This document shows positions 42,285 to 54,944 of a DNA stretch of 64,000 nt, in pieces (the first letter of the stretch is position 1; each line of letters starts with the position of its first letter). Below the pieces are notes generated by a model that searched no databases, was not told the origin of the DNA, and saw only the letters and a list, made by a program, of their open reading frames with translations. This DNA comes from Escherichia coli (GTDB taxonomy: Bacteria; Pseudomonadota; Gammaproteobacteria; Enterobacterales; Enterobacteriaceae), in the NCBI RefSeq assembly GCF_001677475.2, contig NZ_CP015229.1; one strand, given 5' to 3'. The position numbers and the translations under genes are program-made.

Positions 42285-44354
42285 TTACTGCAACAGCGAA
42301 ATATCCGCAACGCGCAGGAACAGTTCGCGCAGTTTCTCCAGCATGGTCAGACGGTTGATACGCAATTCTTTGTCATCAACCATGACCATCACTTTATCGA
42401 AGAAGGCATCGACCGGTTCACGCAGCTCTGCCAGTTCGACCAGCGCATCCTGGTAACGACCTTCCGCAAAGTACGGCTCCAGCTTGTCACGTAGCACCAC
42501 AACCTGCATCGCCAGTTTAATTTCTTCCGGCTCTTTCAGAGTAGAGGCATTCACGCGATCGCTCAGCACTTCGTCAGATTTCGCCAGGATGTTAGATACA
42601 CGTTTGTTCGCCGCCGCCAGTGCTGCAGCTGCTTCCAGGGTACGGAAGTGCGATACCGCTTTCATGCGGGCATCGAAATCAGCCGGACGAGTCGGACGAC
42701 GCGCCAGTACCGCCTGGATGGTGTCAACGGTATAACCTTCGTCCTGATACCAGGCGCGGAAGCGACCGAGCATAAAGTCGATAACATCATCAACTACGTT
42801 GGCATTAGTCAGCTTATCGCCATACAGACGCACCGCTTCTTCGGTCAGCGTTTGCAGATCAAGGTTGAGGTTCTTCTCAACGATAATTCGCAGCACGCCA
42901 AGTGCGGCACGACGCAGCGCAAACGGGTCTTTGTCGCCTTTCGGATGCTGACCGATACCGAAGATACCCGCCAGAGTATCCATCTTATCAGCAATCGCCA
43001 GCGCACAAGCTACCGGGTTGGACGGCAGGTCATCACCGGCAAAGCGCGGCTGATACTGCTCATTCAGCGCGACGGCTACGTCTTCCGCTTCGCCATCGTG
43101 ACGCGCGTAGTGCATCCCCATAACGCCTTGGGTGTCGGTGAACTCGAAGACCATGTTGGTCATCAGGTCACACTTAGACAGCAGGCCCGCACGGGTTGCG
43201 TGGTTAACGTCAGCGCCAATCTGTTCGGCGATCCAGCCAGCCAGCGCCTGGATGCGGTCAGTCTTGTCACGCAGCGTACCCAGCTGTTGCTGGAACAGCA
43301 CGGTTTGCAGGCGCGGCAGGTTATCTTCCAGACGTTTTTTACGGTCGGTGTTGAAGAAGAACTCGGCATCAGCCAGACGTGGACGAACGACTTTCTCGTT
43401 ACCAGAGATAATTTGCTGCGGATCTTTCGATTCGATGTTGGCAACGAAGATAAAGTTCGGCAGCAGTTTGCCGTCGTTCGCATACACCGGGAAGTATTTC
43501 TGGTCACCTTTCATGGTGTAAACCAGCGCTTCAGACGGCACCGCGAGGAATTTCTCTTCGAATTTCGCGGTCAGAACGACCGGCCACTCCACCAGCGAAG
43601 CGACTTCTTCCAGCAGGCTTTCGCTTAAGTCAGCGTTACCGCCAATCTTACGCGCTGCTTCTTCGGCATCGGCTTTAATCTTCGCCTTACGTTCTTCGTA
43701 ATCGGCGATGACTTTCCCGCGCTCACGCAGAATTTCTGGATATTGATCGGCGTTGTCGATAGTGAATTCCGGCTCGCCCATAAAGCGGTGGCCGCGAATC
43801 ACGCGATCGGACTGAATGCCCAGAATGGTTGCCGGAATGACTTTGTCGCCCAGCAGCAGGGTCACGGTGTGCACCGGACGCACGAAGTGCACGTCGCTTG
43901 CACCCCAGCGCATCAGTTTCGGGATCGGCAGTTTCGCCAGCGAAGTCGCAACCATATTCGGCAGCAGTGCTTCAGTGCTTTCGCCCTTCACATGGGCGCG
44001 ATACAGCAGCCATTCGCCTTTATCGGTAGTCAGACGCTCAGCCTGGTCAACGGTAATACCGCAACCACGCGCCCAACCTTCTGCCGCTTTGCTCGGTTTG
44101 CCTTCAGCGTCGAACGCCTGGGCAATCGCCGGGCCGCGTTTTTCGATTTCACGATCCGGTTGCGCTTCCGCCAGGTTAGCTACTTTCAGCGCCAGACGAC
44201 GCGGAGCAGCAAACCATTGAACGGTGCCGTGTGCGAGGCCAGCGTTATCCAGCTCCGCAGTAAAGTTCGCAGCAAAGGACTCAGCCAGGCTGCGCAGTGC
44301 TTTTGGTGGCAGCTCTTCAGTGCCGATTTCCACCAGAAAAGTTTTCTCAGACAT
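42285..44354 (-). CDS. glyS: glycine--tRNA ligase beta subunit
   Basis: 689-aa ORF immediately downstream of glyQ; length and sequence match GlyS. Confidence 0.96.
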   Translation of the reverse strand: MSEKTFLVEIGTEELPPKALRSLAESFAANFTAELDNAGLAHGTVQWFAAPRRLALKVANLAEAQPDREIEKRGPAIAQAFDAEGKPSKAAEGWARGCGITVDQAERLTTDKGEWLLYRAHVKGESTEALLPNMVATSLAKLPIPKLMRWGASDVHFVRPVHTVTLLLGDKVIPATILGIQSDRVIRGHRFMGEPEFTIDNADQYPEILRERGKVIADYEERKAKIKADAEEAARKIGGNADLSESLLEEVASLVEWPVVLTAKFEEKFLAVPSEALVYTMKGDQKYFPVYANDGKLLPNFIFVANIESKDPQQIISGNEKVVRPRLADAEFFFNTDRKKRLEDNLPRLQTVLFQQQLGTLRDKTDRIQALAGWIAEQIGADVNHATRAGLLSKCDLMTNMVFEFTDTQGVMGMHYARHDGEAEDVAVALNEQYQPRFAGDDLPSNPVACALAIADKMDTLAGIFGIGQHPKGDKDPFALRRAALGVLRIIVEKNLNLDLQTLTEEAVRLYGDKLTNANVVDDVIDFMLGRFRAWYQDEGYTVDTIQAVLARRPTRPADFDARMKAVSHFRTLEAAAALAAANKRVSNILAKSDEVLSDRVNASTLKEPEEIKLAMQVVVLRDKLEPYFAEGRYQDALVELAELREPVDAFFDKVMVMVDDKELRINRLTMLEKLRELFLRVADISLLQ

Positions 44355-44363
44355 AGCCGCCTC

Positions 44364-45275
44364 TTACTTATCTTTGTTGCACATCGGGAAGCCGAGGGCT
44401 TCACGGGAAGCGTAGTATGCTTCTGCCACTGCTTTGGTCAGGGTGCGAATGCGCAGAATGTAGCGCTGACGCTCGGTGACGGAGATGGCTTTACGCGCAT
44501 CCAGCAGGTTGAAGCTGTGGGCGGCTTTCAGAATACGCTCGTAGGCTGGCAGCGGCAGCGGATTTTCCAGCGCCAGCAACTGCTGCGCTTCTTTCTCGTA
44601 TTGCTCGAAGCAGGTGAACAGGAAATCCACATCCGCGTATTCGAAGTTGTAAGTGGACTGCTCCACTTCGTTCTGATGGAACACGTCGCCGTAGGTGGTT
44701 TTACCCAGCGGGCCGTCGCTCCAGACCAGGTCGTAAACGCTGTCTACGCCCTGAATGTACATGGCCAGACGTTCCAGACCGTAAGTGATCTCGCCGGTAA
44801 CCGGTTTACACTCCAGACCACCAACCTGCTGGAAGTAAGTGAACTGCGTCACTTCCATGCCGTTTAGCCACACTTCCCAGCCCAGCCCCCAGGCACCCAG
44901 CGTCGGGTTTTCCCAGTTATCTTCCACGAAACGGATGTCGTGAATAGTCGGGTCCATGCCCAGCTCTTTCAGAGAACCGAGGTACAGCTCCTGAATATTG
45001 TCCGGCGATGGCTTAATGACCACCTGGAACTGATAGTAGTGCTGTAAACGGTTGGGGTTTTCGCCGTAGCGACCATCGGTCGGGCGACGAGAAGGCTGAA
45101 CATAAGCAGCCGCCATCGGTTCTGGCCCCAGCGCGCGCAGACAGGTCATTGGGTGAGAGGTTCCCGCGCCGACTTCCATGTCCAATGGTTGAACAATGGT
45201 GCAGCCCTGGCGAGCCCAGTAATCCTGTAAGGTCAGGATCAAGCCCTGGAAGGTCCTGGTATCAAACTTTTGCAT
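44364..45275 (-). CDS. glyQ: glycine--tRNA ligase alpha subunit
   Basis: 303-aa [28 protein letters not shown], the GlyQ sequence. Confidence 0.96.
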
Positions 45276-45369
45276 ATTATTTCGTGCTGGATACGTGTGG
45301 ATTTAAAGGAAGGGATCAGTATACCCGCTGGATGGAAGATATACAGTACGAAACGGGAAAAAGCAGGGC

Positions 45370-45678
45370 TTAACGCATGGAAAGATGCAAAAAATGGCCA
45401 TCTGCGTCAAAAGAACAGACAAACTGCTCTTTACGGAAGGTATAACCGCGCATTTCGTAGCTTCCCTGGAACTGTTCAAATGCGGTGACGTCGATTTTTT
45501 GCTCGCCGGTGTTATAACGTTTCGCCGCCTGATCCTTGCATAACGCTTCCATATTCAACGAACGCAGAGGATCAACCTTTACCCGTTGTGCTTTCTGCAC
45601 GGGTGACGGTGTAGAACAACCCACTAGCACCATAAGCGCCATAAGCGCCATTGCCGGAAAGAAAGAGTTCATCATCAT
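45370..45678 (-). CDS. ysaB: small lipoprotein YsaB
   Basis: About 100 aa with lipoprotein signal (...LVGCSTP); exact start among three adjacent Met codons uncertain. Confidence 0.8.
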   Translation of the reverse strand: MMMNSFFPAMALMALMVLVGCSTPSPVQKAQRVKVDPLRSLNMEALCKDQAAKRYNTGEQKIDVTAFEQFQGSYEMRGYTFRKEQFVCSFDADGHFLHLSMR

Positions 45679-45852
45679 TAAATTACCGTCTGGTTTGCAG
45701 GTGAGTCTTATTATTTATATCGGTATAGTGGCTGATATCTTACGAACTTCCTTAAGCCTCTATAAGCTGTAGTGATAAAACTCAGATTATTCCAGTGCGC
45801 CAACTGAATGATTTATCGGTCAGACTTTTTTTAACCAGATACAGAGACACAG

Positions 45853-46848
45853 ATGCAGCCCAAAATTTACTGGATTGATAACCTGCGAGGGATAGCGTGT
45901 TTAATGGTGGTGATGATTCACACCACTACCTGGTATGTGACCAATGCTCATAGTGTTAGCCCCGTCTCCTGGGATATCGCCAATGTTCTGAACTCTGCCT
46001 CTCGTGTCAGCGTGCCGCTATTTTTCATGATTTCCGGCTATCTCTTTTTTGGCGAACGCAGCGCCCAGCCGCGCCATTTCTTGCGTATCGGCTTATGTCT
46101 GTTTTTTTATAGCGCAATCGCGCTGCTCTACATTGCACTGTTTACCTCCATTAATGTGGAGTTAGCGCTGAAAAACCTGCTGCAAAAGCCAGTGTTTTAC
46201 CACTTATGGTTTTTCTTCGCGATTGCGGTGATTTATCTGGTTTCACCGTTGATTCAGGTGAAGAACGTCGGCGGAAAAATGTTGCTGGTGCTAATGGTGG
46301 TGATTGGTATCATCGCTAACCCAAACACCGTGCCGCAGAAAATCGACGGTTTTGAATGGCTGCCAATTAACTTATATATCAATGGCGATACTTTTTACTA
46401 CATCCTGTATGGCATGTTGGGCCGAGCTATAGGAATGATGGACACACAGCATAAAGCACTGTCGTGGGTGAGCGCCGCACTGTTTGCAACGGGGGTTTTT
46501 ATTATCTCTCGCGGGACATTATATGAATTGCAGTGGCGCGGAAATTTTGCCGATACCTGGTATCTTTACTGTGGGCCGATGGTTTTTATCTGCGCAATCG
46601 CGCTATTGACTCTGGTTAAAAACACGCTGGATACGCGTACCATTCGCGGACTTGGCTTAATCTCCCGCCATTCGTTGGGTATATACGGATTCCACGCCTT
46701 GATTATCCATGCGCTGCGCACCCGGGGAATTGAGCTTAAAAATTGGCCAATACTGGATATTATTTGGATCTTTTGCGCGACGTTGGCAGCGAGTTTGTTA
46801 CTTTCTATGCTGGTACAACGAATCGACAGAAACAGATTAGTGAGTTAA
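45853..46848 (+). CDS. wecH: membrane O-acetyltransferase WecH (YiaH), acyltransferase-3 family
   Basis: 331-aa polytopic membrane protein; position between ysaB and yiaA. Confidence 0.9.
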   Translation: MQPKIYWIDNLRGIACLMVVMIHTTTWYVTNAHSVSPVSWDIANVLNSASRVSVPLFFMISGYLFFGERSAQPRHFLRIGLCLFFYSAIALLYIALFTSINVELALKNLLQKPVFYHLWFFFAIAVIYLVSPLIQVKNVGGKMLLVLMVVIGIIANPNTVPQKIDGFEWLPINLYINGDTFYYILYGMLGRAIGMMDTQHKALSWVSAALFATGVFIISRGTLYELQWRGNFADTWYLYCGPMVFICAIALLTLVKNTLDTRTIRGLGLISRHSLGIYGFHALIIHALRTRGIELKNWPILDIIWIFCATLAASLLLSMLVQRIDRNRLVS

Positions 46849-46849
46849 G

Positions 46850-46882
46850 TAAAAGCCCGGTCACATTGGACTGACCGGGCTT
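46850..46882. terminator. bidirectional terminator between convergent wecH and yiaA
   Basis: Stem AAGCCCGGTCA..TGACCGGGCTT. Confidence 0.65.
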
Positions 46883-46889
46883 ACGTGAG

Positions 46890-47330
46890 TTATTCGCTGT
46901 ATTCTTCCGGGGTAACCTGTGTTTCTTTTGGTGGGTTTATTCCGGCATCACGAATATTTTTCTGCACCGCTACTGCACCAAACAAGCTTAAGAAGAAAGC
47001 CAGTCCATAAAAACCTTTTTCGCTGAGTAATAATGTCGCATTCCACAGACCTACCATCAGTAATGCAACAGAGATAATAAAGACAGTCAGGCAGGTCATA
47101 TAATAAATGGAAGTGGTCGGTATGCCTTCATACTTGTCCCGAACGGTCTTTTGATAAGACGCCGCAGAAAACAGTCCTAATACCAGTACGGCAAAATAAT
47201 ATCCTTTTTCATTTAACTGCATCTCTGCATTCCATAGCCCTAACAGATAGGTAACGATACCACCAACGAGAGCTATCCATGACACAATACTAAAGGCCGG
47301 TGAATAGGTTGATATTTTGTTGTCCATCAC
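46890..47330 (-). CDS. yiaA: inner-membrane protein YiaA
   Basis: 146 aa with four hydrophobic helices; paralogous to the adjacent yiaB. Confidence 0.85.
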   Translation of the reverse strand: MMDNKISTYSPAFSIVSWIALVGGIVTYLLGLWNAEMQLNEKGYYFAVLVLGLFSAASYQKTVRDKYEGIPTTSIYYMTCLTVFIISVALLMVGLWNATLLLSEKGFYGLAFFLSLFGAVAVQKNIRDAGINPPKETQVTPEEYSE

Positions 47331-47372
47331 AGTATTCCTTTCATTCCTGAATGTGTAAGAGCTTTATGTTGC

Positions 47373-47714
47373 TCATGCCGAGCGAAACAAACGCATTTGA
47401 CCAAACAAGCAGACAAAAAAGGCGATGGGATAGATCACCATTTCATAAGCATTGATAGGTGCATTTAAAACACCGATAAACAAGAGACCGATAGTGATTA
47501 ACGCAACTAACTGGCAAATATGGATAAAAAAATCATCCAGTTGCCCGAGTTTTTCTGCGCGAAGATATGCATAGTTGCCAAAAGTTGCCGTCATTAACAC
47601 GCCAAGAAAATAGCCTTTTCCACTTAACAATGGGCATGAGATCCATAGCCCAACCAGATAAACCAGCGCCCCGACAACAAATAATAGTTTTGCCACAGTC
47701 TTTGAGGTTTTCAT
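47373..47714 (-). CDS. yiaB: inner-membrane protein YiaB
   Basis: 113 aa from ATG verified at 47714 (MKTSKTVAKLLFVVGALVYL); YiaA/YiaB family. Confidence 0.85.
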   Translation of the reverse strand: MKTSKTVAKLLFVVGALVYLVGLWISCPLLSGKGYFLGVLMTATFGNYAYLRAEKLGQLDDFFIHICQLVALITIGLLFIGVLNAPINAYEMVIYPIAFFVCLFGQMRLFRSA

Positions 47715-47882
47715 AACGATCTCCATATCTACCAGCGATACATTACGAGTAACCAACGAAAGACAAAACTGAAAAATGCCATTAACAAATGATTTTCAGA
47801 ATAAATTCATACTAAATATTAATTAATTACTGAGATGTATAGATGTGAATTATCCCCCACCCGGTCAGGCAGGGGATAACGT

Positions 47883-49337
47883 TTACGCCATTAATGGCAG
47901 AAGTTGCTGATAGAGGCGACGGAACGTTTCTCGTCGTGGCTGATAAGCGGCATAACGCTGCGCATCAGGTAGATGCGACTGTTCTAACGGTAGCTGCGGC
48001 AACAACTCAATGAGCGATTTCTCTGGATTCGCCGCAATCTGCGCCAGCCTTGCTGCGCCCAGTGCTGGCCCCACATCCCCCCCCGTACGGTAATCGAGCT
48101 GCTGACCGCTGATATCCGCCAGCATCTGACGCCAGTACTCACTACGCGCCCCGCCACCAATCAACGTAACACTTTGCGGTTTAATGCCGCAGGCATGCAC
48201 GACATCCATGCCATCTGCCAGCGCATAACCCACGCCTTCCAGCACTGCTCGCGCCAGTTCATTGGGGCCATGTTGATGAGTCAAACCAAAGAAAACCCCC
48301 TTCGCCTGGGGATTATTGTGTGGTGTACGCTCGCCGGAAAGATAAGGCAGAAACCAAACTGGCTCGGCACTTTCATCAGCCTGTTGAGCAGCCGCGATTA
48401 AAGCTGGGACATTGTTCAGGCCCGTTAATTTCGCGGCCCAATCCAGACACGACGCTGCACTCAGCATTACAGACATTAAATGCCAACGCTGCGGTAGCGC
48501 ATGGCAAAAGCTGTGTACGGCGCTTTCTGGCTTGCTTAAAAACCCTTCGCTAACAGCAAAATAGACCCCCGACGTCCCCAGCGATAACATTGCCTGATTA
48601 GCATCAACCATTCCCACACCAACCGCACCAGCTGCATTGTCGCCACCGCCTGCGACAACTGGCACCGTCGCCATCCCCCACGCTTTCGCAACTTCAGGTA
48701 ACAAAGCACCAGTAATTTCGCTGCCTTCGTATAATGCGGGCATCTGGTCACGAGATAAGTGGCAAGCCTGCAGCATGACGTCACTCCAGTCACGCTTTGC
48801 GACATCCAGCCACATGGTGCCAGCTGCGTCAGACATATCGCTGGCAAACTCCCCCGTCATACGCAGACGCAAGTAATCTTTCGGTAATAATACTTTGTCG
48901 ATTTGACGGAATATCTCCGGCTCATGCCGCTGAACCCATAGCAATTTAGGCGCAGTAAATCCGGGCATCATCAGGTTGCCGGTAATCACCCGCGATTGCG
49001 GAACTCGCGCTTCCAGCAAAGTGCACTCTTGCGCACAGCGCCCGTCGTTCCACAAAATGGCAGGGCGCAATACCCGTTGTTGAGCATCCAGTAAGGTTGC
49101 ACCGTGCATCTGGCCGGCAATACCCAATGCTTTAACGTCCTGCAGAGAATGCTGATCGCCCAGGGCTTTCATTGCGCGATCAGTTGCCTGCCACCACTGT
49201 TCCGGGTCTTGTTCCGACCAGAGTGGATGCGGGCGCGAAACGGTCAGCTTTTCCGTTTGCGAAGCAACCACCTCACCCTGCTCGTTGAGCAAAATAACTT
49301 TTACGCCCGAGGTGCCAAGATCTATCCCGATATACAT
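47883..49337 (-). CDS. xylB: xylulokinase
   Basis: 484-aa FGGY-family sugar kinase (MYIGIDLGTSGVKV) downstream of xylA. Confidence 0.96.
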   Translation of the reverse strand: MYIGIDLGTSGVKVILLNEQGEVVASQTEKLTVSRPHPLWSEQDPEQWWQATDRAMKALGDQHSLQDVKALGIAGQMHGATLLDAQQRVLRPAILWNDGRCAQECTLLEARVPQSRVITGNLMMPGFTAPKLLWVQRHEPEIFRQIDKVLLPKDYLRLRMTGEFASDMSDAAGTMWLDVAKRDWSDVMLQACHLSRDQMPALYEGSEITGALLPEVAKAWGMATVPVVAGGGDNAAGAVGVGMVDANQAMLSLGTSGVYFAVSEGFLSKPESAVHSFCHALPQRWHLMSVMLSAASCLDWAAKLTGLNNVPALIAAAQQADESAEPVWFLPYLSGERTPHNNPQAKGVFFGLTHQHGPNELARAVLEGVGYALADGMDVVHACGIKPQSVTLIGGGARSEYWRQMLADISGQQLDYRTGGDVGPALGAARLAQIAANPEKSLIELLPQLPLEQSHLPDAQRYAAYQPRRETFRRLYQQLLPLMA

Positions 49338-49351
49338 ATCGATCGTTCCTT

Positions 49352-49386
49352 AAAAAAATGCCCGGTATCGCTACCGATAACCGGGC
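49352..49386 (-). promoter_or_regulatory. intercistronic stem-loop between xylA and xylB
   Basis: Hairpin GCCCGGTATCG..CGATAACCGGGC in the 71-bp xylA-xylB spacer. Confidence 0.4.
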
Positions 49387-49408
49387 CAACGGACTGCACA
49401 GTTAGCCG

Positions 49409-50731
49409 TTATTTGTCGAACAGATAATGGTTTACCAGATTTTCCAGTTGTTCCTGGCGACCACTCTGATGCACCGGAGACAAATTGTGTTCCTGAGCAT
49501 ATTTGGCTAAATCTGCCAGTGACATTTGGCCTTTCAGGATTTGCTGGCCTAATTCGCTATTCCAGCCGGAATAACGCTGCGCGATGCGTTTATCCAGCTC
49601 GCCATCTTCAATCATGCGTGCTGCAATTTTCAGCGCCAACGCCATCGTATCCATCGCGCCGATATGACCGTAAAACAGATCATATTTATCAGTACTTTGA
49701 CGACGTACTTTGGCATCGAAGTTCAGACCACCGGTGGTGAAACCGCCTGCTTTGAGAATTTCATACATCACCAGCGCATTCTCTTCCACACTGTTCGGGA
49801 ACTGGTCGGTGTCCCAGCCCAGTTGCGCATCGCCACGGTTGGCGTCGACAGAACCGAACAGGCCAAGCGCAATGGCGGTGGCTATTTCATGATGGAAAGA
49901 GTGACCTGCCAGCGTCGCGTGGTTAGCTTCAATGTTCAGTTTAATCTCTTTTTCCAGACCAAACTGTTTCAGGAAGCCATAGACCGTCGCGGCATCGTAA
50001 TCATATTGATGTTTGGTCGGTTCTTGCGGTTTCGGTTCGATAAGCAACGTGCCCTGGAAACCGATTTTATGTTTATGCTCAACCACCATCTGCATAAAGC
50101 GGCCCAGCTGTTCACGCTCCTGACGCAAGTCGGTATTTAACAGCGTTTCGTAACCTTCACGACCGCCCCACAGGACATAGTTTTCACCGCCCAATTTATG
50201 GGTTGCTTCCATCGCTGTAACAACTTGCGTTGCCGCCCAACTGAAGACTTCAGGATCTGGGTTCGTCGCCGCACCCGCGCCATAGCGAGGGTTTGTAAAG
50301 CAGTTAGCGGTTCCCCACAGCAGCTTCACGCCGCTCTCTTCTTGCTTGCCTGCCAGGACATCAACCATTTGCGCAAAATTATTGATGTACTCTTTTAACG
50401 ACGCGCCCTCAGGGGAAACATCCACATCGTGGAAGCAATAAAATGGCACATGTAACTTGTGGAAAAACTCAAATGCGACATCTGCTTTACGCTTCGCCAA
50501 CGCCAGTGCCTCACCAGGCTGCTGCCACGGACGATTAAACGCCCCCACACCAAACATGTCCGCTCCGTTCCAGCAGAAGGTGTGCCAGTAGCAGGCGGCA
50601 AAACGCAAGTGCTCTTCCATACGCTTACCCAACACCAGTTCGTCGGGATTGTAGTGACGGAATGCTAACGGGTTTGAGGATTTTGAGCCTTCATAACGAA
50701 CGCGATCGAGCTGGTCAAAATAGGCTTGCAT
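49409..50731 (-). CDS. xylA: xylose isomerase
   Basis: 440 aa from ATG verified at 50731 ([16 protein letters not shown]). Confidence 0.97.
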
Positions 50732-51096
50732 ATTGAACTCCATAATAAGGTAATGCCGCGGGTAATGGATGATGTCCTAATATTGGGCACTCCCTTTCAG
50801 TTGCTCAATTATGTTATTTCACACTGCTATTGAGATAATTCACAAGTGTGCGCTCGCTCGCAAAATAAAATGGGATGATGAAACTGGGTAATTCCTCGAA
50901 GAGAAAAATGCAATAAGTACAATTGCGCAACAAAAGTAAGATCTCTGTCATAAATCAAGAAATAAACCAAAAATCGTAATCGAAAGATAAAAATCTGTAA
51001 TTGTTTTCCCCTGTTTAGTTGCTAAAAATTGGTTACGTTTATCGCGGTGATTGTTACTTATTAAAGCTGTCCTCTAACTACAGAAGGCCCTACACC
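50732..51096. promoter_or_regulatory. divergent xylAB / xylFGH promoter region
   Basis: 365-bp AT-rich region between divergent xylA and xylF. From established knowledge it carries XylR and CRP sites; individual sites not mapped. Confidence 0.6.
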
Positions 51097-52089
51097 ATGA
51101 AAATAAAGAACATTCTACTCACCCTTTGCACCTCACTTCTGCTTACCAACGTTGCGGCACACGCCAAAGAAGTCAAAATAGGTATGGCGATTGATGATCT
51201 CCGTCTTGAACGCTGGCAAAAAGATCGAGATATTTTTGTGAAAAAGGCAGAATCTCTCGGCGCGAAAGTATTTGTACAGTCTGCAAATGGCAATGAAGAA
51301 ACACAAATGTCGCAGATTGAAAACATGATTAACCGGGGTGTCGATGTTCTTGTCATTATTCCGTATAACGGTCAGGTATTAAGTAACGTTGTAAAAGAAG
51401 CCAAACAAGAAGGTATTAAAGTATTAGCTTACGACCGTATGATTAACGATGCGGATATCGATTTTTATATTTCTTTCGATAACGAAAAAGTCGGTGAACT
51501 GCAGGCAAAAGCCCTGGTCGATATTGTTCCGCAAGGTAATTACTTCCTGATGGGCGGCTCGCCGGTAGATAACAACGCCAAGCTGTTCCGCGCCGGACAA
51601 ATGAAAGTGTTAAAACCTTATGTTGATTCCGGAAAAATTAAAGTCGTTGGTGACCAATGGGTTGATGGCTGGTTACCGGAAAACGCATTGAAAATTATGG
51701 AAAACGCGCTAACCGCCAATAATAACAAAATTGATGCTGTAGTTGCCTCAAACGATGCCACCGCAGGTGGGGCAATTCAGGCATTAAGCGCGCAAGGTTT
51801 ATCAGGGAAAGTAGCAATTTCCGGCCAGGATGCGGATCTCGCAGGTATTAAACGTATTGCTGCCGGTACGCAAACTATGACGGTGTATAAACCTATTACA
51901 TTGTTGGCAAATACTGCCGCAGAAATTGCCGTTGAGTTGGGCAATGGTCAGGAACCAAAAGCAGATACCACACTGAATAATGGTCTGAAAGATGTTCCCT
52001 CCCGCCTGCTGACACCGATCGATGTGAATAAAAACAACATCAAAGATACGGTAGTTAAAGACGGATTCCACAAAGAGAGCGAGCTGTAA
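51097..52089 (+). CDS. xylF: D-xylose ABC transporter periplasmic binding protein
   Basis: 330 aa from ATG verified at 51097 (MKIKNILLTLCTSLLLTNVAAHA). Confidence 0.96.
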   Translation: MKIKNILLTLCTSLLLTNVAAHAKEVKIGMAIDDLRLERWQKDRDIFVKKAESLGAKVFVQSANGNEETQMSQIENMINRGVDVLVIIPYNGQVLSNVVKEAKQEGIKVLAYDRMINDADIDFYISFDNEKVGELQAKALVDIVPQGNYFLMGGSPVDNNAKLFRAGQMKVLKPYVDSGKIKVVGDQWVDGWLPENALKIMENALTANNNKIDAVVASNDATAGGAIQALSAQGLSGKVAISGQDADLAGIKRIAAGTQTMTVYKPITLLANTAAEIAVELGNGQEPKADTTLNNGLKDVPSRLLTPIDVNKNNIKDTVVKDGFHKESEL

Positions 52090-52166
52090 GCGTTACGCCC
52101 CGGCGAGGAGCGGGGGCGTGATTTCTCTCCATGCCGCGTGAATTAATTGGCTTAGGTGGAGTCGTT

Positions 52167-53708
52167 ATGCCTTATCTACTTGAAATGAAGAACATTACCA
52201 AAACCTTCGGCAGTGTGAAGGCGATTGATAACGTCAGCTTGCGGTTGAATGCTGGCGAAATCGTCTCACTCTGTGGGGAAAATGGGTCTGGTAAATCAAC
52301 GCTGATGAAAGTGCTGTGTGGTATTTATCCCCATGGCTCCTACGAAGGCGAAATTATTTTTGCGGGAGAAGAGATTCAGGCGAGTCACATCCGCGATACC
52401 GAACGCAAAGGTATCGCCATCATTCACCAGGAATTGGCGCTGGTGAAAGAATTGACCGTGCTGGAAAATATCTTCCTGGGTAACGAAATAACCCATAATG
52501 GTATTATGGATTATGATCTGATGACGCTACGCTGTCAGAAGCTGCTCGCACAGGTCAGTTTATCTATTTCACCAGATACCCGCGTTGGCGATTTAGGGCT
52601 TGGGCAACAACAACTGGTTGAAATTGCCAAGGCACTTAATAAACAGGTGCGTTTGTTAATTCTCGATGAGCCGACAGCCTCATTAACTGAGCAGGAAACG
52701 TCGGTTTTACTGGATATTATTCGCGATCTACAACAGCACGGTATCGCCTGTATTTATATTTCGCATAAACTTAACGAAGTCAAAGCGATTTCCGATACGA
52801 TTTGCGTTATTCGCGACGGTCAGCACATTGGTACGCGTGATGCTGCCGGAATGAGTGAAGACGATATTATCACCATGATGGTCGGGCGAGAGTTAACCGC
52901 GCTTTACCCAAATGAACCACATACCACCGGAGATGAAATATTACGTATTGAACATCTGACGGCATGGCATCCGGTTAATCGTCATATTAAACGAGTTAAT
53001 GATGTCTCGTTTTCCCTGAAACGTGGCGAAATACTGGGTATTGCCGGACTCGTTGGTGCCGGACGTACCGAGACTATTCAGTGCCTGTTTGGCGTGTGGC
53101 CCGGAAAATGGGAAGGAAAAATTTATATTGATGGCAAACAGGTAGATATTCGTAACTGTCAGCAAGCCATCGCCCAGGGGATTGCGATGGTACCCGAAGA
53201 CAGAAAGCGCGACGGCATCGTTCCGGTAATGGCGGTTGGTAAAAATATTACCCTCGCCGCACTCAATAAATTTACCGGTGGCATTAGCCAGCTTGATGAC
53301 GCGGCAGAGCAAAAATGTATTCTGGAATCAATCCAGCAACTCAAAGTTAAAACGTCGTCCCCCGACCTTGCTATTGGACGTTTGAGCGGCGGCAATCAGC
53401 AAAAAGCGATCCTCGCTCGCTGTCTGTTACTTAACCCGCGTATTCTCATTCTTGATGAACCCACCAGGGGTATCGATATTGGCGCGAAATACGAGATCTA
53501 CAAATTAATTAACCAACTCGTCCAGCAGGGCATTGCCGTTATTGTCATCTCTTCTGAATTACCTGAAGTGCTCGGCCTTAGCGATCGTGTACTGGTGATG
53601 CATGAAGGGAAACTAAAAGCCAACCTGATAAATCATAACCTGACTCAGGAGCAGGTGATGGAAGCCGCATTGAGGAGCGAGCATCATGTCGAAAAGCAAT
53701 CCGTCTGA
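52167..53708 (+). CDS. xylG: D-xylose ABC transporter ATP-binding protein (duplicated ABC domains)
   Basis: 513 aa from ATG verified at 52167 ([12 protein letters not shown]); two Walker A / signature pairs. Confidence 0.96.
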   Translation: MPYLLEMKNITKTFGSVKAIDNVSLRLNAGEIVSLCGENGSGKSTLMKVLCGIYPHGSYEGEIIFAGEEIQASHIRDTERKGIAIIHQELALVKELTVLENIFLGNEITHNGIMDYDLMTLRCQKLLAQVSLSISPDTRVGDLGLGQQQLVEIAKALNKQVRLLILDEPTASLTEQETSVLLDIIRDLQQHGIACIYISHKLNEVKAISDTICVIRDGQHIGTRDAAGMSEDDIITMMVGRELTALYPNEPHTTGDEILRIEHLTAWHPVNRHIKRVNDVSFSLKRGEILGIAGLVGAGRTETIQCLFGVWPGKWEGKIYIDGKQVDIRNCQQAIAQGIAMVPEDRKRDGIVPVMAVGKNITLAALNKFTGGISQLDDAAEQKCILESIQQLKVKTSSPDLAIGRLSGGNQQKAILARCLLLNPRILILDEPTRGIDIGAKYEIYKLINQLVQQGIAVIVISSELPEVLGLSDRVLVMHEGKLKANLINHNLTQEQVMEAALRSEHHVEKQSV

Positions 53709-54867
53709 AGTGAAATTGGCCGTACCGACATCCGGTGGCTTTTCCGGGCTGAAGTCACTGAATTTGCAGGTCTTCGTGATGATTGCAGCTATCATCGCAA
53801 TCATGCTGTTCTTCACCTGGACCACCGATGGTGCCTACTTAAGCGCCCGTAACGTCTCCAACCTGTTACGCCAGACCGCGATTACCGGCATCCTCGCAGT
53901 AGGAATGGTGTTCGTCATAATTTCTGCTGAAATCGACCTTTCCGTCGGCTCAATGATGGGGCTATTAGGTGGCGTCGCGGCGATTTGTGACGTCTGGCTA
54001 GGCTGGCCTTTGCCACTTACCATCATTGTGACTTTGATTCTGGGACTGCTTCTCGGTGCCTGGAACGGATGGTGGGTAGCGTACCGCAAAGTCCCGTCAT
54101 TTATTGTCACCCTCGCGGGCATGTTGGCATTTCGCGGCATACTCATTGGCATCACCAACGGCACGACTGTATCCCCCACCAGCGCCGCGATGTCACAAAT
54201 TGGGCAAAGCTATCTACCTGCCAGCACCGGCTTCATCATTGGCGCGCTTGGCTTAATGGCTTTTGTTGGCTGGCAATGGCGCGGAAGAATGCGCCGTCAG
54301 GCTTTGGGTTTGCAGTCTCCGGCCTCTACCGCAGTTGTCGGTCGCCAGGCATTAACGGCGATTATCGTCTTAGGCGCAATCTGGCTTTTGAATGATTACC
54401 GTGGCGTTCCCACTCCTGTTCTGCTGCTGACGTTGCTGTTACTCGGCGGAATGTTTATGGCAACGCGGACAGCATTTGGACGACGCATTTATGCCATCGG
54501 CGGCAATCTGGAAGCAGCACGTCTCTCCGGGATTAACGTTGAACGCACCAAACTTGCCGTATTCGCTATTAACGGATTAATGGTCGCTATCGCCGGATTA
54601 ATCCTCAGTTCTCGACTTGGCGCTGGTTCACCTTCTGCGGGGAATATCGCCGAGCTGGACGCAATTGCAGCATGCGTGATTGGCGGCACCAGTCTGGCAG
54701 GCGGCGTCGGGAGCGTGGCTGGAGCGGTAATGGGGGCATTCATCATGGCTTCACTGGATAACGGTATGAGTATGATGGATGTACCGACCTTCTGGCAGTA
54801 TATCGTTAAAGGTGCGATTCTGTTGCTGGCAGTATGGATGGACTCCGCAACCAAACGCCGTTCTTGA
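53686..54867 (+). CDS. xylH: D-xylose ABC transporter permease
   Basis: 393-aa polytopic permease; start overlaps the xylG stop. Confidence 0.95.
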   Translation: MSKSNPSEVKLAVPTSGGFSGLKSLNLQVFVMIAAIIAIMLFFTWTTDGAYLSARNVSNLLRQTAITGILAVGMVFVIISAEIDLSVGSMMGLLGGVAAICDVWLGWPLPLTIIVTLILGLLLGAWNGWWVAYRKVPSFIVTLAGMLAFRGILIGITNGTTVSPTSAAMSQIGQSYLPASTGFIIGALGLMAFVGWQWRGRMRRQALGLQSPASTAVVGRQALTAIIVLGAIWLLNDYRGVPTPVLLLTLLLLGGMFMATRTAFGRRIYAIGGNLEAARLSGINVERTKLAVFAINGLMVAIAGLILSSRLGAGSPSAGNIAELDAIAACVIGGTSLAGGVGSVAGAVMGAFIMASLDNGMSMMDVPTFWQYIVKGAILLLAVWMDSATKRRS

Positions 54868-54944
54868 TTTTGATAAAAATTTTCTCAAAGCCGGTAACGT
54901 ATTACCGGTGTTGAGTTTTTGCATGATTCAGCAGGAAAAGAACC